Assembly: GCF_006345805.1 (NCBI RefSeq)
Contig: NC_043021.1
Span: forward strand, 19,468,001 to 19,532,000
Reading direction: 5' to 3'
Origin: Octopus sinensis
Taxonomy: Eukaryota
DNA length: 64,000 bases
Both the position numbers and the translations under genes were made by a program. Under the pieces are notes generated by a model. The model did not search any database. It worked only from the letters and a program-made list of their open reading frames with translations, and had not been told where the DNA came from. Below are positions 37,791-49,333 of the stretch, piece after piece. Position 1 is the stretch's first letter. Every line of letters starts with the position of its first letter.

Positions 37791-39074
37791 AGGAAGCATC
37801 CAGTCGACTCTGTAAAGTGGTTGGCATTAGGTAGGGCATCCAGCCATAGAAACCAAGCAAAATCAGACTCCTGGAGCCTGATGCAGGCCCTTGGCTTGCC
37901 AACATGAAAAATGAGTGATGATGATGATGTTATGTGTGGAAGCACTCCGTCGGTTACGACGACGAGGGTTCCAGTTGATTCGAATCAACGAAACAGCCTG
38001 CTCGTGAAATTAACGTGTAAGTGGCTGAGCACTCCACAGACACGTGTACCCTTAACGTAGTTCTCGGGGATATTCATCGTGACACAGAGAGGGACAAGGC
38101 CGGCCCTTTGAAATACAGGTACAACAGAAACAGGAAGTAAGAGTGAGAGAAAGTTGTGGTGAAAGAGTACAGCAGGGATCACCACCATCCCTGCCGGAGC
38201 CTCGTGGAGCTTTTAGGTGTTTTCACTCAATAAACATTCACAATGCCCAGTCTGGAAATCGAAACCGCGATCCTATGACCGCGAGTCCGCTGCCCTAACC
38301 ACTGGACCATTGCGCCTCCACTGATGTTATGTAACACATAAAAGAGTAAAGACCTCCTTTGGTCATGAATGATTATGGGATTGCATCTAGAAAGTTACTC
38401 TCCAAGGCACGAGTCTGGGCAAGGTTGTGTATGGAAGACCAGCAGGCACCCATGCATACCAGCCTCCCCTCTCTGTGCCACTGATGTTGTCCAAGGGAAA
38501 GGCAAAGGCCGATACAGCTTGGCTCCAGTGACATCACAACTCGTTTCTACACTTGAGTGAACTGGAGCAACGTGAAATAAAAGTGTCTTGCTCAAGAACA
38601 CAACGCACAGCCCAGTCCAGGAATCGAACTCACTACCTCGTGATTGCATGCCCAATGCTCTAACCACTGAGCCTTGCACCTTAACTATGTAACATGTGAA
38701 GCTCTTAAAATAATGAAGCTGCATTGTTATGTTAAATGTAAACCTTACGTATAAGATTAAGTAAACAATACAGAAATGTATAAATACATCACTGTATCGA
38801 CCAGACTCTTAACCCTTTGGTGTTTAAACCGGCCATATCCGGCCCAAATATTCTACATGTTTTATATTCAAACTGGCCATATCTAGCCTCTCACACCTAA
38901 CCTATAGTGACATTCTAAAAATAAACAATCACATCATTGAAACCTCAAAGCTATAACATAATGCATGATTAATTCAAAACAATTTGAGTGAAAAAGTATT
39001 ACATTTAATAGAGAAATTGAACACCAAAGGGTTAAAATACCAGTGTGAAATCTTCATCTTTTCTTGTTTTTTAG

Positions 39075-39255
39075 GGGCACGGACGAGGTGTTTTCCTCAC
39101 TCGATGATAATCAAATTCAGCTGTCCACTATGAAGGCTTCTCGATTCGTCAAGGCCTTTGAACATGAAGTTGACTATTGGGAACGGACATTGTCACATAT
39201 CTTAGAAGTTATGGAACTGTTGCTGACAGTTCAGAGACAATGGATGTATCTCGAG
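39075..39255 (+). CDS. DNAH2: Dynein heavy chain exon 14
   Basis: ttttag|G GGC...GAG|gtgaat; GTDEVFSSLDDNQIQLSTMKASRFVKAFE...VQRQWMYLE; 181 nt. Confidence 0.96.
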
Positions 39256-39487
39256 GTGAATTATCTTTACATTTTTATTGCGGGGGAGTTTTGGGTTTTT
39301 TTTTGTTGTTGTTGTGTTTTTGTACTTTGTAGGAGTGGCTGTGTGGTAAGTAGCTTGCTTACGAACCACATGGTTCCGGGTTCAGTCCCACTGCATGGCA
39401 CCTTGGGTAAGTGTCTTCTACTATAGCCTCGGGCCAACCAAAGCCTTGTGAGTGGATTTGGTAGACGAAAACTGAAAGAAGCCCGTC

Positions 39488-39531
<44 letters not shown>

Positions 39532-40087
39532 CTGTGTTTGTCCCCCCCAACATCGCTTGACAACCGATGCCGGTGTGTTTACATCCCCGTAACTTAGCGG
39601 TTCAGCAAAAAAGAGACCGATAGAATAAGTGCTAGGCTTACAAAGAATAAGTCCTGGGGGTCGATTAGATTGAGTAAAAGGCGGTGCTCCAGCATGGCCT
39701 CAGTCACATGACTGAAACAAGTAAAAGAGTACTAATCAAAGAAAAAAAAAAAGGTGTTGGAAGACTCTGGTCCTTTTAAATATTTTATTTTCTGATTAGA
39801 TCCTTTGTTGGTATGCTATTAGGACTGAACTCAGAGCCATGGGATGGGGAATCAAATTTCTTACCACGCAGCCATACTTGCACCTATATATCATCATCAT
39901 CATCATTTAGCATCCATTTGACTACTGAAACAGGTAAGCTGGAGAGCTGCACCAGGTTCCAATCTGATTTGGCTTGGTTTCTACAGATCTATACCCTTAT
40001 ATATATATATATATATATGTTTATACTATAAAATTAGATTTAATCCTAAATCTAATTTTTCCCTGTAAGTTTGGATTTACTCCCTAA

Positions 40088-40132
<45 letters not shown>

Positions 40133-40806
40133 TATAATAATTTGAGGGAATATTATTCCAAACTTACAGGGAAAAATTCAATTTAGAAATACTAAATCAA
40201 ATTTCACAATATAATATATATATATATATAAATTAGAAAAAAAACACCTTTTATCAATTCAATAATGATAAATTAAATTATACCATTTAGAAAAATTATA
40301 TCTTATAGAAAGATTAAATATGAGATATATATACACACACACACATATGATGAGTTTCTTTGTTTCCATCTACCAAATCCATTCCCAGGGCTATAGTAGA
40401 AGACACTTGCGCAAGGTACCATGCAATGAGATTGAACATGAAATCATGTTGTAAAGCACACCTCTCCACCACGCAGCCATACCTTTGTATGTAATTATAT
40501 TCCTATAGACATGTATGATGACGATATTTCACACATTGTAAGGTATTTTTTTCAATGCCATAACATGATACATGTTTGAAGAAGATCATTTGTTTTTTTT
40601 AATGGGGTCCCATTAAAACTTGTTTAAATTTCATTGATGACGTTGTTCACTATCATTTGTTTTTTTAAATTTCATTGATGATATTGTTCACTATCATTTT
40701 TTTAATGGGGTCCCCCATTAAAACTTGTTTAAATTTCATTGATGACATTGTTCACTATCCTTTTTTTTTTTTTTTTTTCTCTGTAAATTCCAAATTTCTT
40801 TCTCAG

Positions 40807-40945
40807 AATATATTCCTTGGTGAGGATATCAGAAAACAATTACCAAGAGAATCAGAAGATTTCGATGACATCAACAACAAGTGGAAGGCTATTATGATAC
40901 GATTAAACAAGGAGAGGAATGCCTTAAAGGCAACCCTCCATCCTG
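40807..40945 (+). CDS. DNAH2: Dynein heavy chain exon 15
   Basis: tctcag|AAT...G|gtaata; NIFLGEDIRKQLPRESEDFDDINNKWKAIM...LHP(G); 139 nt, ends phase 1. Confidence 0.95.
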
Positions 40946-41174
40946 GTAATATTTAAATATATTCTTGCATAAATTATTGTCTTCTTACCATTTTCACTTT
41001 ATGTTTGTTGTGACTGTTGATTAATGATTGAATAACTAGTAATTTCTGGTTATATTCACTGCCATGGTGTGATTAATTCTTGAGTAAACTGTTCCTAGTT
41101 ATATTTACTATCGTGCTCTGATTAATGATTGAATAAACCAGCCTTCTCTTTTAATATTTACAACCACAATGTGA

Positions 41175-41896
41175 TTAACCCTTTCATTACTGAATTTATT
41201 TTGAGATGCTCTGTGTTTCTTTCAATTGATTTTAAATATAACAAAGAATTTAGTAAAATGACTTAGTTATCATTAAGCTAGTGTTAGCAACACAAATTAT
41301 GACTAAGGTTTGGTGGAAGATTTTAATTCAAAACTTATGAAAACAAGACATTTGTACTCAGAGCCGGTTTCAGCTGGGTTGGTAACAAAAGGGTTAAATT
41401 AATCATTTGTTAACCCTTTTGTTACCATATTTCTGTTGAGATGCTCTGTGTTTCTTTCAGTTAATTTTAAATATAACAAAGAATTTAGTATAATAACTTA
41501 GTTATCATTCAGTAAGTTTTAGGAACATAAATTGTGATTAAGGTTTGGTGGAAGATTTTAATTCAAAACTTATGAAAACAAGACATTTTTACTACAGAGC
41601 CAGAGCCGGTTTCAGCTGAGTTGGTATTGAAAGGGTTAAGAATTGTTTCTCTATTATATATTTTAACCCTTTTGTTACCATATTTCTGTTGAGATGCTTT
41701 GTGTTTCTTTCAATTAATTTTAAATATAACAAATAATTTGGTAAAATAACTTAGTTATCATTAAGCCATAAATTGTTAGGACCATAAATTGTGACTGAGG
41801 TTTGGTGGAAGATTTTAATTCAGAACTTTTGAAAACAAGACATTTGTACTACAGAGCCAGAGCTGGTTTCAGTCGGGTTGGTAACGAAAGGGTTAA
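41175..41896 (+). mobile_element. Three tandem MITE-P2 copies
   Basis: TTAA-bounded units separated by ATTAATCATTTG and GAATTGTTTCTCTATTATATATT. Confidence 0.9.
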
Positions 41897-43271
41897 TGAT
41901 TGAGTAACAGGTCATCTTTATATTTACCTATTTCTTTACTGCCCGCAAGGGGCTACGCACAGAGGGGACAAACAAGGACAGACAAAGGGATTAAGTCGAT
42001 TACATCGACCCCAGTGCGTAACTGGTACTTATTTAATCGACCCCGAAAGGATGAAAGGCAAAGTCGACCTCGGTGGATGGTGCTTTTTACGTGCCACCTG
42101 CACAGGTGCCAGACGAGGCTGGCAACGGCCACGATCGGATTGGTGCATTTTACGTGCCACTGGCATGGAAGCCAGTCAAAGCGGCACTGGCATTGGCCAC
42201 GATTCGGATGGTGCTCTTTACGTGCCACCGGCACGGAAGCCAGTCTAGGTGGCGCTGGCATTAGCTACAAAGCATTGTAATAGTCTCATCTGAAACACAC
42301 ATGCATTGTTATATTGATTTTGAGGATCTTTTCTGTTTGAATGGCAGTTTTTAACATAATTTCTAGGTACCTAAAAAAATTTTAAACTTCATATACAGGT
42401 AGAATGTGTTTATAAAACATATTTTTCTCTTGGCTTTATTGAGAAAATTCTATAGTTTGTAAGATATTTGTTGTTTTTTTTCTTCAATTTCTGCAATTTC
42501 AACCAATCAGTGACGTCTATTGAATATGTCCCTCGTTTAAGAAACAGATTGGGTTTATTTACATTTGTGAAGAAAAAAAGATACCCTTCCCCCACCCTAA
42601 CCCTAACAGAGATTGAAATGCAAGAGATCGATTCTAGGGTCATAATTATGGGTGGCAATTTCATATGACACCGCTAGGAAAAACTGCTGTTCAAACCGAA
42701 AAGATCCCGATTGTTGTTCTGTTATGTTATTTTTAAGTATCAAACCCTTTTCCCCTAAATGTGGAGTCGCAATGGCCCAGTGGTTAGGGCAGTGGACTCG
42801 CGGTCGTAGGATCGCGGTTTCGATTCCCAGACCGGGCGTTGTGAGTGTTTATTGAGCGAAAACACCTAAAAGCTCCACGAGGCTCCAGCAGGGGATGGTG
42901 GTGATCCCTGCTGTACTCTTTCACCACAACTTTCTCTCACTCTTACTTCCTGTTTCTGTTGTACCTGTATTTCAAGGGGCCGGCCTTGTCACTCTCTGTG
43001 TCACGCTGAATATCCCCGAGAACTACGTTAAGGGTGCACGTGTCTGTGGAGTGCTCAGCCACTTACACGTTAATTTCACGAGCAGGCTGTTCCGTTGATC
43101 GGATCAACCAGAACCCTCGTCGTTGGAACCGACGGAGTGCTTCCATTTTCCCTAAATTTACTAAAACCTGGTCCCTGATCCTCCCTTCCACTACATTTCT
43201 GATGAATTTCTCTGATGTTTCAATTTTCAATGTTGCTCATTTTTTTTTCCCCCTGTTTAACGAAATTCCAG

Positions 43272-43489
43272 GTTTGTACGATCAGCTGAATGCTATGAAT
43301 ATGAAATTGGAAGGCATCCAGAAGTCCCTCGATATGTATTTAGAAACGAAGCGACAGATATTCCCCCGTTTTTACTTCCTGTCCAATGACGATCTGTTGG
43401 AGATCTTGGGCCAGGCGAGAAATCCGGAGGCGGTCCAACCACATCTTAAAAAGTGCTTTGACAATATTAAGTCTCTGACAATTAATCGT
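43272..43489 (+). CDS. DNAH2: Dynein heavy chain exon 16
   Basis: ttccag|GT TTG...CGT|gtaagt; LEGIQKSLDMYLETKRQIFPRFYFLSNDDLLEILGQARNPEAVQPHLKKCFDNI; 218 nt. Confidence 0.97.
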
Positions 43490-43882
43490 GTAAGTTGACT
43501 TCTGTTCTTAGCATTTATAAATGTTATCATTAGTGGCAGCAGTAACTGCTGCTGCTGCTTCTTCATGTTTGAATATCACCCCAGCTGGAGCCGATGTAAG
43601 GGAGATAACCCCGTCCTGCCTGCAGCACCTCCAACGTGGACAAATATTTTTTTTGTTTGCAAAAGTAACCAACCATGACATATTTCTTCCCCCGATTGTG
43701 GAGAGGTTATACGCTTTCGTCCATTTGAGTCTGACAAGTCACTTATACAGTTAAGTACTTTATGAGTACAAAACTCATGGTCACTCTGTGATCAGCCATA
43801 ACAATTAACTCCCTAAAAAAAATATATTATTGCTCTAAATATTTTAGAGTTTGCTTTCTTTTTTAGATATATGAACTACTGA

Positions 43883-43937
<55 letters not shown>

Positions 43938-44559
43938 AGGCTATAGTAGAAAACACTTGCCCAAGGTGCCACACAATAGGACTGAACATGGAACCATGTG
44001 GTTGGTAAGCAAGCTACTTACCTCACAGCCACTCCTGTGCCTATATATATCTATTTCTTTATTACCCACAAGGGGCTAAACATAGACGGGACAAACAAGG
44101 ACAGACATAGGTATTAAGTCGATTACTTTGACCCCAGTGCGTAACTGGTACTTATTTAATCGACCCCGAAAGGATGAAAGGCAAAGTCGACCTTGGCGGA
44201 ATTTGAACTCACAACGTAACGGCAGACGAAATACTGCTAAGTATTTCGCCCGGCACGCTAGCGTTTCTGCCAGCTCGCCGCCTTGATATGTATATCGTGC
44301 CTATATATATCGTTTGCAAACAACTTACAGGTGACAAACATATACATACATACATACATATATACATATACACAATGTGCTTCTTTCAGTTTCTGTCTAC
44401 CAAATCCACTCACAAGGCTTTGGTCGGCCCGAGGCTATAGTAGAAGACACTTGCCCAAGGTGCCACGCAGTGGGACTGAACCCGGAACCATGTTGTTCGT
44501 AAGCAAGCTATTTACCACACAGCCACTCCTGTGCCTATTTACTAAGTTTTGCTCGATAT

Positions 44560-44945
44560 CCTTCTAGCTGTTGTTCATCATCTGTTTTTAACCAAATCCA
44601 ATGTCTTTCTTTCTCCACTGCAGCCTGGATATCACTTGTAATTCTATTTGATTTATGCTCTGTTAAGTCCAGCAATGACAAGCATTGCTTCATATTGTTT
44701 CCAAAGAATCCTCTACATCCAACTTGGATTGGATAATGTTCTGCTTTCCAGCCTGTGTCTTCACATCGCTCAAGATGTTCATGACGGTTAAGTCCAAGCA
44801 GTTTCCATGTTGCCTTCATGCGGAAGCATTAACTCAACCAGATTTGCTACTTTCTTTTCTTCACACCTCAGTATCTGGTTTCTTTGTAACTGAAAAGGGA
44901 AAAAATCCTTGACCCCGTCTAGTAAATCTGCAGCCACCTGGACAA
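44560..44945 (-). mobile_element. Decayed 3' fragment of a HERO/R2-like non-LTR retrotransposon (restriction-like endonuclease)
   Basis: Frameshifted minus-strand peptides KKPD, LVELMLPHEGNME and GWKAEHYPIQVGCRGF...HWIWLK match the recalled PD..ELxxPxE / PIEVGCRGF / WLWxKR RLE motifs. Confidence 0.72.
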
Positions 44946-44988
44946 TATGGACACAGATAACAGATTTGTCTTTCTGATATATTTTCAG

Positions 44989-45087
44989 CCAAGTTCACAA
45001 AGATATGAAGCTGTTGCTATGAATTCTTGTGAAGGAGAATGTGTCGAATTCAAACCCCAAGGAACCGTAATTGAAGGGCCAGTTGAG
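44989..45087 (+). CDS. DNAH2: Dynein heavy chain exon 17
   Basis: tttcag|CCA...GAG|gtatgt; PSSQRYEAVAMNSCEGECVEFKPQGTVIEGPVE; 99 nt. Confidence 0.93.
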
Positions 45088-45298
45088 GTATGTGCTAAAT
45101 TACATATATATATATATATAATCAATAATAAAAGGGAAAAACCAATTAATTATTAATTAATTTTACCAAGTAGTGTTCAGTATGTAAAAAGACCATTTAC
45201 GGTATATTTAAAACATTACGTTATATAATTAGGGTTCAGTAAAATAATTTCAGTGTGTGGTAAAGTAAATTATTTTACTGAACCCTAATTATATAACG

Positions 45299-45333
<35 letters not shown>

Positions 45334-45438
45334 TATATATATATATTATAGATATAGGGTAAAGAATTATTAATTTAATAATTGATAATTTTACCAAGTA
45401 GTTCGGTGTGGTTAAAACTTATACAAAAAGTTTTTTTA

Positions 45439-45857
45439 TCTCTATATATAAAACTGAAATGCGTTTTTACCGCTTGGTTCGCTTTCAATGCCACTACATC
45501 CCGTCCGATTCGCTCCAAAATTTACAGGGACATGTAGAATGAGGTGACGATGCGCGTGGCCTACCTTAGAAATCCCTATCTTAAAAGGTGTGGTTGCTAG
45601 GGGGCCATCTTCCTACCTCACCCTATTTCCTCCAGTACTCTGTCACTCCTCTTCATTTGACAATGCAACTACCGTTATTTAATGTAAAGTCTTCCTCACA
45701 TCACTCTGTAGCTATTTACTCTCTTCCAAGAACATTTTCACTCACTCTATCTCTTACCTTCCTATACATTTTACTCATGTATCTCTCAGCGTTCATGGAC
45801 AGTAACAAATATTACTCGCCATCCCCATCGCCATCGCATTCTATTGTCTACCTGTCA

Positions 45858-45891
<34 letters not shown>

Positions 45892-47448
45892 ACACATATA
45901 TACATATATCTAATATTATATTTTTATTTTTGTTTTTGGTTTTTTACTGTTTCATTTCCCTATTAGTGGTTTTATCTCTAATTTAATTTCTACAGCGTGC
46001 ACACACACACACGCACACACCTATATGTAGCCCCAGTACACCCGAATGAAATCGGGTTCTCTTCATCAAAATGTGATAAGGGGTCTACAATTATCATCGC
46101 CACAACTTATGTATGTCTTCCTCACTCACTCACTCTTTTTCCTAATGATAATTATCATCGCCACCACCAACACCACCAACACACAATCTGGGCAATCTTT
46201 CTCTTATAACAAATCATGTTTACATTGCAACGACGGCTGCCACCTCCGCCGTCTCTATTTATTCTGCAAATGACCAGAACTTGGGAAACTTAGTTTAGTG
46301 TTCTATGGTCTATGACCAGAAATCGGGAAACTTGGTTGAGTGTTCTATGGTCTATGACCAGAACTTGGGAAACTTGGTTGTGTCCTCATCTTATAAAATG
46401 TGGCCCCAGTAGACCCAAATTAAATCGGGTTATATTAACCAAAAGGTGAAAAGGGGTATAAATGGGGCTGGAAGGGGATTAAAATTTAAAGGAGCGGGTG
46501 TTTAGCAATTCTCTGTTACATCAAGCTAAAAAATTTGCTCCAGCCTTTTAATCGTCAATGTGTTGCCGTCCATGATGAAGAAGTTTTGAATGCTTGCCAT
46601 GGTGAGTCTACTGTTGTGAAAAAGAATCACTTCAAAACTTGGTGTTTAGGGATTTTCTTTTACATCAAGTTCAAAATTTTACGCCAGCCGTTAAACTGTC
46701 AAAACGTTGCTGTCCGTCGTTAAGAAATGCCAGCCATGGTGACTACTATCCTCAGATTCTATCCCTTCAAACTTTGGTTTCCAATATTTTATTATTTTTA
46801 TTCAGCTCGCAAGTTCGTCTGTCCCTTTTAAATGTTAGTGTTTTGCTGTCTGCCTTGAAGCAGACCTTTCCGTTGTTACTGCTTGATATTTATGATTGAT
46901 CTTTCTAAATATTTTATTTCTCAACTTACTCAAGATATTTTGTTGTTTATAAATGGGAGAGAGATAGATAAAGATAGAGAGTAAGAGAAAGCTAGGGAGA
47001 GTCCGAGAGAAAAGAAAAGTAAGAGAGTGGGAAAGTGAGAGAGAAAGGAGAGAGAAACAAATACGGAGAATCATCATCATCATCATCGTTTAACGTCCGT
47101 TTTCCGTGCTAGCACGGGTTGGACAGTTTGACCAGGGTCTGGGAAGCCAGGAGGCTGCACCAGGCTCCAGTCTGATCTGGCAGTGTTTCTACAGGTGGAT
47201 GCCCTTCCTAACGCCAACCACTCTGTGAGCGTAGTGGGTGCATTTTTCGTGCCGCCGGCACAGGTGCCAGGGGGGCTGGCAATGGCCACGATCGGTTGGT
47301 GCTTTTTACGTGTCACTGGCACAGAAGCCAGTCAAGGCGGCGCTGCAATCCGCCACGTTCGGATGGTACTTTTTACATGCTGAAAGGAAGCAACAGAAAG
47401 TAACAACCACACTCTTACCCGCGCGTAGAGCGGGTCACCTTCAGCTAG
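45439..47448 (+). mobile_element. Probable non-autonomous Helitron (about 2.0 kb) with internal 42-bp tandem repeat and nested Rep-D
   Basis: A|TCTCTATATATAAAA start; 3' hairpin ACCCGC/GCGGGT (47417-47435) then CTAG|T; pairing of the two ends is inferred. Confidence 0.6.
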
Positions 47449-47562
47449 TATAATTATAAAAATAATTAAGGAATCAGCAAAAGTTGCTTCACCACATACC
47501 GAAATTTCGGTATGTGGTGAAACAACCTTTGCTGATCCCTTAATTATGTGTGTGTGTGTATG

Positions 47563-47604
<42 letters not shown>

Positions 47605-48194
47605 TAGTTATCGCCATACTAATATGGCAGTCTAAATATAAGACTAAAGCTGTTGCTGTTTAGCTCCAAGAGGCCACCGCCTCTAGCTAGCTATATGACA
47701 CACGAACCTGCATCCATTACAACCTTCGAACAGGGGAGGTCAGCCGCTTCACCTTGCTGGTCAGACATCTGCAGACATGTTTCAGGGTTGTTGCCCTTTA
47801 TCAATGCAGCGTAGTCAGAACCAACAGGTGTCGCTACTGACCGTCTGTTCGAAGATTTTATTTACCTAGTTACAGTGGAATACATCCACTTGTTTTCAAT
47901 AATAGAAATATTAAAATTACTAAGTCCCTCTAAAAGAGATTACGGCAACAACCCTGAAACATGTCTGCAGATATCTGACTAGCAAGGTGAAGTGGCTGAC
48001 CTCCCCTGTTCGAAGGTTGTAATGGACGCAGGTTCGTGTGTCATATAGCTAGCTTGAGGCGGTGGCCTCTTGGAGCTAATCAGCGACAGCTTTAGTCTTA
48101 TATTTAGACTGCCATATTAGTATGGCGATAACTACTAATATCCAGTAACGCTGCCGTAATCTCCTTTAGAGAGACTTAGTAATTTTAATATTTC

Positions 48195-48200
<6 letters not shown>
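47605..48200. mobile_element. Fold-back Penelope-like element with a U3-A8 hammerhead
   Basis: 191-bp inverted arms (47605-47795/47944-48134) plus second inversion 47899-47947/48152-48200; embedded in (TA)n. Confidence 0.78.
47769..47809 (-). ncRNA. Variant minimal type I hammerhead motif (U3-A8), GUC cleavage triplet
   Basis: CUGCA-UUGAUAA-AGGG(CAACAA)CCCU-GAAA-CAUG-U-C-UGCAG. Confidence 0.78.
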
Positions 48201-48238
<38 letters not shown>

Positions 48239-48589
48239 TCGTGATCTTCATCATTTAATGTCTGTTTTTCATACTGGCTTAGGTTAGATGGTTTAACAGG
48301 GTCCTTCCTAATGCCAGTTACCTTATAGTGTGTACTGGATGCCCCTTTTTTCATTCCACTGGCACTCTGCTGGCCAGAGCGGTGAGTGCCCCAGTTGATC
48401 AGATTGATGGAACAGCCTACTCTTGAAATTAATGTTCGAGTGGCTGAGTACTCCTCAGACACATATAGCCTTAACGTAGTTCTCGGGGAGATTCAGCATC
48501 ACACAAAATGTGACAAGGCTGGCCCCTTTTGAATTACAGGTGCAACTAATTTTTGCCAGTGTACCCTTAACATAGTCCCCTTGTGAAAT

Positions 48590-48880
48590 TCGGGTGGTTG
48601 GGTAGAGTCCTCAGACACCTTCTCCATAGGATCCTATCAGAATCAACTGTTATTAGACACTCCCACTGGGTTACCAAGTGTGACTGTCTGAAACTATGGC
48701 TATTATTCCACCATCTCGCTCGTTATCCATGCCCATGCCTCCTACAGATTGGCTCGGTTTGAAGAATTTGTTTTACGATTCTTTCCTCTAATCACATGTC
48801 CATAGTACCAGAGCTGTGACCTCTCAATGAAGGAGCAGCTTGACCTGGAGAGAGTCTTTGAGGCATACTGTCAAGTAATG
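48590..48880 (-). mobile_element. Decayed RTE-clade LINE 3' fragment
   Basis: Minus-strand peptides ERSQLWYYGHVIR and ERIVKQILQTEP..RR match the RTE RT C-terminal motif. Confidence 0.7.
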
Positions 48881-48966
48881 TTACTACAGAGATCCTTTTA
48901 AGGAAACCCTTTTTCGGCCACTTGTATTCGCAATCCTCAGTGGATAAAAGCATTAGTAATTTAAAA

Positions 48967-49333
48967 TCTCTCTATATATATAAACGGCAAAATGTCTGTG
49001 TGCGTGTCCTTTATACAAATCCACAATTTTTCAGTTAGAGGGCTCGCACTTTCTATGGTCATTCAAAACCATCCAAGGGTGGTCGTGCACATCTTTACAT
49101 TTCCCTAGTCACCCTGCAAAGCCATTAAAAAAATCAATAGAAGTGACTTTTTTATGAATTTTCTATCCAAAACCCAATCAAAATGCCCGAAACTTGATAC
49201 GCCAATTGAATGCCAGCTAGCTGTATGTGATTGGTCAGAGATTTGGACAGTACTCGCATGTATGTGTGCACGCACACAGCTGTATATGCATGCAGTAGCA
49301 CCATGACCCAGCGTTGCCGGGTCATAGTGCTAG
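48967..49333 (+). mobile_element. Non-autonomous Helitron (367 bp)
   Basis: A|TC start, 3' hairpin ATGACCC/GGGTCAT (49303-49325), CTAG|T end, no TSD. Confidence 0.85.

Noticed and set aside
36466-37945. 9-aa periodic ORFs (LVPHEKAPL, APARVLFHV)
   Set aside because: By-product of the 27-bp array; no start context or splice support.
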